Shown here piece after piece: positions 15,434-24,123 of a stretch of DNA of 46,043 bases. The stretch is from a virus (Duplodnaviria > Caudoviricetes), in the IMG/VR virus record IMGVR_UViG_3300032254_000009, positions 1 through 46,043 of that record, one strand, 5' to 3'. The first letter of the stretch is position 1; each line of letters starts with the position of its first letter. Both the position numbers and the translations under genes were made by a program. The notes beneath the pieces are model-generated. The model saw only the letters and a list, made by a program, of their open reading frames with translations. It searched no databases and was not told the origin of the DNA.

Positions 15434-15672
15434 AAAAACTATTAATTAACATCTTCGCTTTCATAGGACTAGCTTTTATAGCTGGTCTCCTTTACTGGAT
15501 AGGTTTCTTTAGAGGAGCTATAGTTCAAACACAAACCTTCCATGAGCAATGTAAGAGAGTTTCTATTATTACTTTTGATGGGGACAGTACGCCTTATCTC
15601 TGTACTCCACCACCACAAGAAAAGAAAGGACCAGCTATGCAGTTCGGTTCAGTTCAAAAGGAGAAGAAATGA
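15430..15672 (+). CDS. Membrane-anchored protein
   Basis: N-terminal hydrophobic helix. Confidence 0.7.
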   Translation: MKKLLINIFAFIGLAFIAGLLYWIGFFRGAIVQTQTFHEQCKRVSIITFDGDSTPYLCTPPPQEKKGPAMQFGSVQKEKK

Positions 15673-16139
15673 TTAATGTTAAGCAGTTAGAGGAGCTTAT
15701 TATTGTTCCTACCTTGCAATACCTAGAGCCTGAAATACCTTTCTCTGATGCTGCTGTAGAGCTTCTGAAGATGACAGCTGCACATGAGAGCCATCTAGGA
15801 AGTTACATAGCTCAGGTAGGAGGACCAGCTCTAGGGATATATCAAATGGAACCAGTCACGGAGAAGGACATATACAGCAATTTCTTATGTTACAATAAAG
15901 GCATACTGCATAAAGTGAACGGATTAGCAGGTAGCAAAAAACAACCTTCCCCTGTATTAGTTTCTGATCTTACCTACGCTACAGCTATGGCTAGGGTACA
16001 TTACTACAGAGATAAATATCCACTACCTGATGCAATGGATATTGAAGGGTTAGCACAATACGCTAAGAGAGTTTATAATACAGTGGAAGGTAAAGCTGAA
16101 TGGCGGGACTACTACAACGCTTATAATAGGTACTGCTAA
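15669..16139 (+). CDS. Lysozyme/transglycosylase-like protein, candidate endolysin
   Basis: TAAHES...GGPALGIYQME...MAR..Y...YNT..G. Confidence 0.75.
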   Translation: MINVKQLEELIIVPTLQYLEPEIPFSDAAVELLKMTAAHESHLGSYIAQVGGPALGIYQMEPVTEKDIYSNFLCYNKGILHKVNGLAGSKKQPSPVLVSDLTYATAMARVHYYRDKYPLPDAMDIEGLAQYAKRVYNTVEGKAEWRDYYNAYNRYC

Positions 16140-16330
16140 TGATTGATATAATTAATAAATGGGGATTACTTGTTCAGATAAATGAAGCAGGTGAGATGGT
16201 GAACGGGACGATAGGTGGGTTATCAATACGGCAACAAAAACCTCACCAGAGTGAGGAATGGATATACCTAGAGAGGGAAGAACTGCAAGAACTTTTCTCC
16301 GGCCTTACAGACTATTTCTCGGAGAACTAA
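16139..16330 (+). CDS. Hypothetical protein, last gene of the + arm
   Basis: TAATG coupling; stop abuts the stop of the opposite arm. Confidence 0.65.
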   Translation: MIDIINKWGLLVQINEAGEMVNGTIGGLSIRQQKPHQSEEWIYLEREELQELFSGLTDYFSEN

Positions 16331-16648
16331 TCATCTCTTCTTAGCTCTCTTCTTCCCTCCATTAGCCTTCCCTCTCTTATTCCCCGCTTTACCGCCTTTA
16401 GCCATGTTGCTAGAGGCATTCTCTACCCTTGTCTTAGTGTCACCACTATTCCCTAGCTTACTTCCTTTCCTAACATGCCCAGCATGTTCTCCCTTTCTTA
16501 GCTTCCTTCCTAGCTTCTTCTCTAGTTTAAGTCTAGCTCTGTGCCTTGTAGCGTCACCAGAGTTAGATCCTTTACCAGTCTCCCCTCTAGCCTTAGCTGT
16601 CTTATTCTCTTGCTTGTAATCTCTTACGTAATTTTTACTGCTAGGCAT
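16331..16648 (-). CDS. Basic protein, degenerate HNH-like
   Basis: RDYKQE...RAR...KG...H...N; very Lys/Arg-rich. Confidence 0.7.
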   Translation of the reverse strand: MPSSKNYVRDYKQENKTAKARGETGKGSNSGDATRHRARLKLEKKLGRKLRKGEHAGHVRKGSKLGNSGDTKTRVENASSNMAKGGKAGNKRGKANGGKKRAKKR

Positions 16649-17705
16649 TAGTTCTTCCTCTTGCTATAGCACTCATCTGTGTGAAACCAGTTAAATTATC
16701 TTGTACACCGAAAGCTATCTCATCTCCGTACCTCCCCTCTAGTTGAACAGCAGGGCTAAATTCAACCTCTAAAGAGAGTATAGACTCAGTGGCTCCAGTT
16801 TCCAAAGCTACTTTATTAAACCCTACTGCATAGAACTCATACAAGTTAGCAATATTCCTGCCTACAGCTACATTACCTTTACTAGTCCTTATGATAGAAA
16901 GACCATTAGCTAATGTCTCCCCAAGCAATTCATTATAGTTAGAGGCAGCTGTACCAGTAACATTATTAACCATTGTCAATCTAACAACATCAATCCACAA
17001 ATCTTTACCAGCATCAGGTATTACAGAGAACTCTATCAATGAGCCAGTCTCTTCTAGTTGAAGGTTGTCAACGAAATAGTCCCCTGTTAGTCCATCAGTT
17101 CCTACTTGCTCGAAGCGAAAAGCATCAATAGTCTCACTAACTAAAGACATATCAGAAAGAGGGATAGTGACAGTTTGCCAATCATCAAAAGAGAACTCAT
17201 TGAGGTAGCTCTCTAACAAGACTCTTGTTCCAACTTGTGCACCAGTTCCAGTATCCCATCCATAGATAGCTACTGAGTCCCCTGGTGTCCACCTACGATT
17301 GATATTAACTTTCATTGTCAATGATTCGTAGTTAGTTAAGTCTTGATCACTACCCTTCGCTACCTGCCACGTATCGTTCAATGCAGGACTATTAACTCTT
17401 ATGGACTGAGTACCTGCGAAAGCTCTATTAGTCGAGCTGAAATTAACATCGCTCCCTACAATCTCAGAACCAGTCCACAGAACACTATCTATCCCATCAT
17501 GTATCCCTACAGGAGTACCACCAGCAGTAGCATCCTGATTCATGGCATTACCGTACTCAGGGTTCAAGAAAGGCTTGTTCCTTGGTATCCTCTCATCGAA
17601 CTCTCTAGTATAAGCAACTACCCCCCCTACTTGGTCTTCAGGAGAATGGACGCAAGCCCTTATAGGCTTACCCCCACCATCCCTTATGAAGATATCATTC
17701 GCCAT
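16641..17705 (-). CDS. Putative virion protein with carbohydrate-binding-module-like domain
   Basis: DLTNYESL...WQTVTIPLSD...YFVDNLQL resembles jelly-roll CBMs. Confidence 0.6.
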   Translation of the reverse strand: MANDIFIRDGGGKPIRACVHSPEDQVGGVVAYTREFDERIPRNKPFLNPEYGNAMNQDATAGGTPVGIHDGIDSVLWTGSEIVGSDVNFSSTNRAFAGTQSIRVNSPALNDTWQVAKGSDQDLTNYESLTMKVNINRRWTPGDSVAIYGWDTGTGAQVGTRVLLESYLNEFSFDDWQTVTIPLSDMSLVSETIDAFRFEQVGTDGLTGDYFVDNLQLEETGSLIEFSVIPDAGKDLWIDVVRLTMVNNVTGTAASNYNELLGETLANGLSIIRTSKGNVAVGRNIANLYEFYAVGFNKVALETGATESILSLEVEFSPAVQLEGRYGDEIAFGVQDNLTGFTQMSAIARGRTNA

Positions 17706-18268
17706 TATGCAGCGCCTATATCTTCATACCAGAAGAATATATCATGTGAGCATATACCAGTGGTCCCTGTATCATACTCGATAGCTATTGCTTTCCCCGG
17801 CCCCAGTATTAAAGCTCCTTCGTAGTCCATGCTACTATCAGAGAGAGCCTCAGACCTGTGAGAACCTATCTGCTTAACCTGAGTAAGACCAGTAATAGCC
17901 GTATCACCAGCCATAGAGGTAGCTTCAGCAGGGATACCAGAAGCTAAGTTTAGATTAGACGGCGTAACAGTCTCACCTGAAGCTGCTGTACCTGACACCT
18001 CCCACACCTTCCATTTAACATTCTCAACCGAATGAAATTCAATATGGTTAATGAACATATTCCTAGTAGTACTGTCATTTTTTATGTAAGCACTGTACTC
18101 CCCCGCAGCTACTGTTTGACTATCATACACAGCGTTAAAACTTAATCCGAAGTCTCTACTTGCATAGAAGTACCTAGGACCAGTCTTAGCTGATACGTTC
18201 AATCTTTGGACAGAGCTTACGGAAGCATCTCCGTTTTTACCCTTCCCGTCAGCTATTCTAATTGACAT
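17705..18268 (-). CDS. Putative virion protein
   Basis: Beta-rich; N-terminal I.DG.G motif shared with 16641-17705. Confidence 0.65.
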   Translation of the reverse strand: MSIRIADGKGKNGDASVSSVQRLNVSAKTGPRYFYASRDFGLSFNAVYDSQTVAAGEYSAYIKNDSTTRNMFINHIEFHSVENVKWKVWEVSGTAASGETVTPSNLNLASGIPAEATSMAGDTAITGLTQVKQIGSHRSEALSDSSMDYEGALILGPGKAIAIEYDTGTTGICSHDIFFWYEDIGAA

Positions 18269-18282
18269 TTATCTTTCCTCTT

Positions 18283-18441
18283 TTAGTTTAAATTATAACC
18301 ATCATCTGTATCATCAACACTAAATTCAACATCGGTTGTTTTCTCTAAGTGCATATTCATAACTTGTAATTCTGCGAGAATAGCTATCAACAGTTCATTA
18401 GTTGTTAACTCCTCCACGTTACTATCTACCACTAAGCTCAT
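18283..18441 (-). CDS. Small acidic protein (52 aa, not in ORF track)
   Basis: MSLVVDSNVEELTTNELLIAILAELQVMNMHLE...; RBS GGAGG; ATGA overlap. Confidence 0.7.
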   Translation of the reverse strand: MSLVVDSNVEELTTNELLIAILAELQVMNMHLEKTTDVEFSVDDTDDGYNLN

Positions 18442-20909
18442 ACTATCCTCCAGTAGCCTTCATCATAGAAGTATTGGAAATGTAAACTAGTCCCTTGTTG
18501 AGAGATTGTTACACTTGTAACTTCTGTTCCTTCAGCTTTGATATTGTTACCATTACCGAACACAACAACATTCTGACTGTGTTCACTTGCTACAATAACA
18601 GCATCGAAAGGTCTAGGATCTTCTGGTAAATATATAAGACCAGTCCTAGCCTCTACTAAGTCATAAGCTCTAGCTGTATAAGTAGTACTTGCTACAGTAG
18701 AATCAAAAGGTCTAACTGGGTTCAGCTCAAAGTAACTCTCATTTAAACTGTACATCAGTACTCCACTACCTAAGAAAGCTGGTAGAGCTATAGAACCTGA
18801 AACTGTAGCCGATAAAGGACTTACTGCTATCCCATCAACAGTAGCTGAAACAATTAAATCACCAGTCCCAATACTTGCACTGTAGCCTTGTAAAGCTACG
18901 TTGTCAACTGTAGCAGATACCTCTAGGTTAACAAGTGCTTCAACTGAGGCTGCTAAAGGAGAGATACTAATTGTATCCAATGAAGCAGTAAAGCTTACAT
19001 CATCTCCGAATTGCACTACTGGATTGATACCTGCTAAGCTTATTGTATCTAGAGTAGCAGAGACATTAGTGTTAGTTAAAGCCTCTACAGTAGCCGCTGA
19101 GCTGGCTAGAACAACTGCGTCCAGTGTAGCTGTTACGTTTGTATTAGTAAGCGCTTCTACAGTAGCATTAAAATCAGCTAAAGAGATTGTATCAAGCGTA
19201 GCTGTTACTTCTAGATTAACTAGGGCTTCTACCGTAGCTGGTAATTCAGCTAGAGCTACAGTATCTAGAGTAGCTGTTATGTTTGTAGGGGTAGAAACTT
19301 GAACAGTAGCACTGAATGTAGCTAACGCTATTGTATCTGTAGAAGCAGAAATATTAAGCACAGATTCAAATATCTGGTACTCATCTGCCTCTCCCATGAA
19401 CATTATCTCACCATCTGGAAGTATAGCAACACCTTCCATTTGAGAGAGAGAAGTTATATCTATCTCAGCTACTACCGATCCATCTGTTACATCTACCTGT
19501 AAAGCTTTCTGTCCTGTGTCCGAAGCAATAACAATGTTGTCTGATGCATGGTCAAAGTCTATACTTGATAAATCAAACGCAGCTCCGGTAGCACCATAAG
19601 AAGCGAACTCAACTTCTGGGTCCCAAGGCTGAGTTACGTAGTCATCGAAGCTCCAGCCATCACCATCATCAGCATCATTATAAGCATAGCTAGTTGTTGT
19701 ATCACCTGACCTTCCTTCAACCCCCGGCCTCAGAACCTTAAAGAACTCCCTGTCTGTGGATGTTTGTTCACCTTCTCCAACTACATAGAAAATCTTATTC
19801 TTTCTATCGTAACATACACCTTCAGCACCGGAGTTATTATCTGTTCCAGGAGCTGCTAGGGTTAACTCTTGTTTTGAGTTAGCTGTAGTCCCTACATCAG
19901 AAGGCCAATCATAAATATTAACTTGATATCTACCACCATCCTCTGAGCAAGTAGCGAACTCTCCACCACCCATATCACAGATACCTTCACAATCTGAACC
20001 ATCGAAGTTCAGTGTAATGGTCTTAACTAGTGTACCGTAAACACCTAAGTCATAGACATCAGCTGTAGCTCCTCCATTACGTATAGTGACAAGCTCATCT
20101 GTTTCATCCCTGTACGTAGCATCAGAAGTATTAGTACCTCCAGCAGCGAAGTTACCTACCGATCCTTGCGCTACATAGTTATCCACTGTATTTATCAAGG
20201 AGGCTATGTTAGAGGCTAGAACAAAGGGATTATTCTTAGCTAGAACTACTGCATCTGTTGTAGCATTAACACTTGTATCAGCTGAAGCAGCCTTAAGGAC
20301 AAAGACACCATGAACACCATCACCACTAGCGCTTTCAGTAGCTGATACTGATACACCTGATAACGTTGTTGTTACATCTCTAGTCCATATAGCTATTGTT
20401 CTTCTAGCTGGACTAGTGATTAAATCTAAACTGGCCCTACGTGTAAAACTAGTTGGATCAGTCCAAGAGATAGCACCACCACCTCTTGCATGATTCCTCC
20501 AGTAAACAACAGTATCTCCATTCTCAGCTGAATAAGTTAAGCTAGGAGAAGCGTCTGCTGTATAGTTATTACCATCCGTACTAGCTACACTGTCAACACC
20601 GTCGACTGTAAAAGCATAACCATTCTGTGATGAACGACTAACTGACCATGTAATAGAGAGAGTTTGAGAGGTAGTCCCCGGACTTACTAGATAAGAAGCG
20701 TTACCAGAAGGATCTCCATTACCCGCTAAATCAACTGTCTGGTCATTGTTAGTGACCTCTGACATAGAAGTGCCACCGAAGTCCTGAGCACTGCCTGTCG
20801 CAGAGCCAGCTCCTGAAGCACCATTAACCCATACAAGTACCGTGTCAGTACCACTAGCAGGGGCATAAGCACTACCCGATGCTGTAGTACTACCACTTAC
20901 GAAACTCAT
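18438..20909 (-). CDS. Fibre-like virion protein with YjiK/SdiA-regulated-like beta-propeller and ~25-aa repeats
   Basis: DCEGI, GAEGV.YD, DLS.IDFD and QMEGVA blade motifs; VEAL.N..V.AT.D.I.LA repeats. Confidence 0.7.
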   Translation of the reverse strand: MSFVSGSTTASGSAYAPASGTDTVLVWVNGASGAGSATGSAQDFGGTSMSEVTNNDQTVDLAGNGDPSGNASYLVSPGTTSQTLSITWSVSRSSQNGYAFTVDGVDSVASTDGNNYTADASPSLTYSAENGDTVVYWRNHARGGGAISWTDPTSFTRRASLDLITSPARRTIAIWTRDVTTTLSGVSVSATESASGDGVHGVFVLKAASADTSVNATTDAVVLAKNNPFVLASNIASLINTVDNYVAQGSVGNFAAGGTNTSDATYRDETDELVTIRNGGATADVYDLGVYGTLVKTITLNFDGSDCEGICDMGGGEFATCSEDGGRYQVNIYDWPSDVGTTANSKQELTLAAPGTDNNSGAEGVCYDRKNKIFYVVGEGEQTSTDREFFKVLRPGVEGRSGDTTTSYAYNDADDGDGWSFDDYVTQPWDPEVEFASYGATGAAFDLSSIDFDHASDNIVIASDTGQKALQVDVTDGSVVAEIDITSLSQMEGVAILPDGEIMFMGEADEYQIFESVLNISASTDTIALATFSATVQVSTPTNITATLDTVALAELPATVEALVNLEVTATLDTISLADFNATVEALTNTNVTATLDAVVLASSAATVEALTNTNVSATLDTISLAGINPVVQFGDDVSFTASLDTISISPLAASVEALVNLEVSATVDNVALQGYSASIGTGDLIVSATVDGIAVSPLSATVSGSIALPAFLGSGVLMYSLNESYFELNPVRPFDSTVASTTYTARAYDLVEARTGLIYLPEDPRPFDAVIVASEHSQNVVVFGNGNNIKAEGTEVTSVTISQQGTSLHFQYFYDEGYWRIV

Positions 20910-20921
20910 CTATTGGAGTCC

Positions 20922-21368
20922 TTATATAGTTACTGTGAAGATACCTGAAGCATTCCAAGTAACTGTTATGTCTCCAGCCACTAAGGAGATAGGGGTAGTT
21001 CCCGCATCTGTTGTCATATCAATGAATCCGACCGCATCGTTAGTCCCAGCATGAGTATCATTAACCAGTAAACCAGCTACAATGTTAGTAGGAGAACCAG
21101 CAGCAGCAGTCCAAGAAGGATTAGTACTAGCATCAAAAGTAGCTACACCCGCTGCCTCTGTATAGGTTTTAGTTAAAGCAATACCACCAGCTGTGTACCC
21201 ACCTCCAGCAGTAACCTCTGTGAAATCTGCTCTATCTGGAGTAGCTTGTGCAGCTGTTGGTAATGTAGTGATTAAGATAAGAGAGAAAGTATCACTATCT
21301 AAGTCGTGACTTCCATCTCCTAAGTTTAATGCAAATTCCTCGAATAATGTGAAATCGCCTTGTGCCAT
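20922..21368 (-). CDS. Conserved phage structural protein
   Basis: HDLDSDTF.L.L...EV..GGGYTAGG...TV.WNASGIF pattern. Confidence 0.7.
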   Translation of the reverse strand: MAQGDFTLFEEFALNLGDGSHDLDSDTFSLILITTLPTAAQATPDRADFTEVTAGGGYTAGGIALTKTYTEAAGVATFDASTNPSWTAAAGSPTNIVAGLLVNDTHAGTNDAVGFIDMTTDAGTTPISLVAGDITVTWNASGIFTVTI

Positions 21369-21394
21369 GTTGTTGCCTCTCTTGTTTTAATGAG

Positions 21395-22072
21395 CTATGC
21401 AGCTCTTGTAATAGTAATATTTCCACCGCCTAAAACTGCATCCTCAACCCAAACAATGTAGGTGGGAGAAGCTTTAGGTAATTGTACTGTGCTTCCTGAA
21501 ACTGTTGCGTGAACTATGTTTATTTTAGAAGAGTCGAGATCACTTTCCTGTACCACGTTTGTATCTTCTGAAGCATAAATGATATTAGTAATAGGACCAG
21601 TATCAGGGGGAGGGCTACCACCACCACTGTGATACGTAATAGCATCTTGAACTCGTTTAAGAGCCTTGTCCAAATCTTCTTTAGTGACAAATCCTTCAAG
21701 CTTTTCATCCGATACATCCTCTCTAATTAGCTCCACTTTAGGTCTTAAGCTTTTCTCCATCTCAGGTAACTTACCCTCAATGAAAGAAGACATAGCTTCC
21801 TCTAGCTCACCTGTATTAATCTGCTGTACAATAGTTTTCTCTACAGTTGTTTGCTCCACCTTAGCTTCAGGAAGAAGAGGAGTGACAGCTTTAACTATCT
21901 CAGATAGCTCAGGAGCGTCCCTACCGTCCCTTCCGTCGCTAGGGGTAGGTAGCACCACCCTAGAGAGAATATCGTTAACAAGGGACTCCCTAAAGGCTTC
22001 CTCAGCTTCTTTCTTTTTCTTCTTCTCTTTAGCAAAGGCTAAGGCGCTAGCTCTTAGTTTAAGAGAGGCCAT
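21395..22072 (-). CDS. Putative fibre or adaptor protein
   Basis: Short collagen-like DGRDGRD, GGG linker and beta C-domain. Confidence 0.6.
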   Translation of the reverse strand: MASLKLRASALAFAKEKKKKKEAEEAFRESLVNDILSRVVLPTPSDGRDGRDAPELSEIVKAVTPLLPEAKVEQTTVEKTIVQQINTGELEEAMSSFIEGKLPEMEKSLRPKVELIREDVSDEKLEGFVTKEDLDKALKRVQDAITYHSGGGSPPPDTGPITNIIYASEDTNVVQESDLDSSKINIVHATVSGSTVQLPKASPTYIVWVEDAVLGGGNITITRAA

Positions 22073-24123
22073 TACTGCTGGCTCTCTGCTAAGCGTCTAG
22101 CTTCATCGAAAGTTAAGGTAGGCTGCTCACGCATTATAGCTAGTATGTCATTGTCTAACTCACCTATTACTCCTTTAGCTGGAGCTTCTTCTCTTTGCTT
22201 TCTGTTCTCACCTGTACCTAAAGCTCCCTCAGTAGCTTCTGTTTCCTGTACTTGAGGGATGAAAGCTTCATGTACACTAACGCTACTACTAGCGGCCATG
22301 TTACGTAATAACTGAGAGGTTATTGCTTCTTTTGGAATACCTGTAGCTTTACTGGTTGCATTCAGAACTCTTCTAGGAGCTTCCATGTTTTCTACTTTTC
22401 TTGCCCATAAGTTAAGCTGTATCTTAAGTTTCCTCATACGTTCTGCTTGAGGCTTAAGTGTGTGCATTGCGAACTGGCCTAAGTTACTGGCACTATCGTT
22501 TCTAGCTACGTGCTTCATTATCTCGCTATCATCAGCTATCACTACTTTTATCCCGCCTGTGTTAGGGTTAACACCTAGCTGGTATAAGTTCCCGAACTCT
22601 CTGTCCCCACCTGTCACTATCTGACTATAAGACTTTGTAATAGCTGGGACAAAAGCACCAGAAGAATCATCACCGAAGTAATTACCTGCATAAGCTGGCA
22701 TCTTGTCTCCAAGTCTTTGCTGTTGAGCTGGCGTCATAGACTCCCATCTATCTAGTACTTGGTTAGTTATAAGGTTTACACTAGCAGGAGCAAAATGTCC
22801 TTTCTGAGGAGCTGTATCTATTATATCCATTGTCTTATCTACATCACTCAAGATAATCTCAAGCTTCTGCCCGTCAGGATCTCCCGCTTCCTCGTTAGCA
22901 ATCATCTCCGCAGATTTATCCAAGGCAGCAGAGCCAGTAGCAAAAGCCTCTGGGGATTTACTGTGTAACCGACTAAGGAAACTATCTCTAGGGTTGTCAA
23001 TAGGGAACGTATTTGCCTCATTCTCGACTAACCCGTTAAGTTCTTCTGAGACTCCTCCTATCAGGTCAATCATCGATGAGTCGTTAGTTGCCTTGAGCGT
23101 ATCCGCACTAGCAAGACCAGCTCTCACAAGTCCTGCGGTCATTGCTGTTTTTGGATTACTTAGAATACTTCTATCTATAGCTTGCTTTCTTCTAGTCAGC
23201 TCGTTAAGCTTAAACTCAGCGTACCTACTGCCCACAGCAGCTCCTTGGAGTTCGTCAGCCAATAGCTTGTAGTTGTCTTTTAATGTAGTGAACTTCTCTG
23301 TGATATGCTTCTGCTCAAGAGCCGACTTACCTTCAAGAAGAATAGGGAGTTGTTGCATAAGCTGTATCTCCCCTCTTGAGACTAAAAGAACAACTTCTTC
23401 TTTGTACTGCTCAGGGGTTAACTTCCCTTCTTGGCCTTCTTCAAGATTTAAACGAGAAGAAAGAGCAGATACTTCTCTGTCAAGGAGGTTTCTTATATTG
23501 GTTGACAAAGGAGAGATGATGTTGTCTGCTGCAAGCTTAGCAACTTCATCATTATTTTCTCTAGTCTTCCCTTTCTTGTTAAGCTCATCCATTTCTATCA
23601 GGTGTTTTCTAGCTCTACTCCTTTCTTCTGCGTCAGCTACTCTCCCTCGATTAACGATACCTACAACATTAGGATCATTCTCATCATAAGGGACACCAGC
23701 ATACTTCATAGCATCAGCATCATTAGCTTCTTGTTTAGCCTTTTCAAGGTCTATTTCAGCGTCTCTAGCCTTTTGCAAGGATTTTCCACTTAGCTCTGCT
23801 GCCCTGTCTCTTACAATCCCAGCATCAATAGGAGAAAGTCTACTAAAAACTTTTTGCCTCTCTCTTATTTTTTGCTGGACATTCATATCTCTGCCCGGCC
23901 CAGCCATCTCAAAATCAGTAATGCCTTGAGCTAAGCCTTCTAGCTCATTATTTTTCTTAGCCTGAGCCTCTTTTGCTTTAAGAGCATCCTGCCTATTCTT
24001 AATCTGTAGTCCAAATCCCAACAACCCTACAACATCTTGAGTAGTTGAGGTATTCTGACTGAAGTCTGGAGCTTGTACGCTTGGTACATTAACATCCGTT
24101 ACAACATCTTTAGCGAAGCTCAT
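22072..24123 (-). CDS. Internal virion (ejection) protein
   Basis: 683 aa, helical character, in the T7 gp14-16-like block. Confidence 0.65.
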   Translation of the reverse strand: MSFAKDVVTDVNVPSVQAPDFSQNTSTTQDVVGLLGFGLQIKNRQDALKAKEAQAKKNNELEGLAQGITDFEMAGPGRDMNVQQKIRERQKVFSRLSPIDAGIVRDRAAELSGKSLQKARDAEIDLEKAKQEANDADAMKYAGVPYDENDPNVVGIVNRGRVADAEERSRARKHLIEMDELNKKGKTRENNDEVAKLAADNIISPLSTNIRNLLDREVSALSSRLNLEEGQEGKLTPEQYKEEVVLLVSRGEIQLMQQLPILLEGKSALEQKHITEKFTTLKDNYKLLADELQGAAVGSRYAEFKLNELTRRKQAIDRSILSNPKTAMTAGLVRAGLASADTLKATNDSSMIDLIGGVSEELNGLVENEANTFPIDNPRDSFLSRLHSKSPEAFATGSAALDKSAEMIANEEAGDPDGQKLEIILSDVDKTMDIIDTAPQKGHFAPASVNLITNQVLDRWESMTPAQQQRLGDKMPAYAGNYFGDDSSGAFVPAITKSYSQIVTGGDREFGNLYQLGVNPNTGGIKVVIADDSEIMKHVARNDSASNLGQFAMHTLKPQAERMRKLKIQLNLWARKVENMEAPRRVLNATSKATGIPKEAITSQLLRNMAASSSVSVHEAFIPQVQETEATEGALGTGENRKQREEAPAKGVIGELDNDILAIMREQPTLTFDEARRLAESQQ

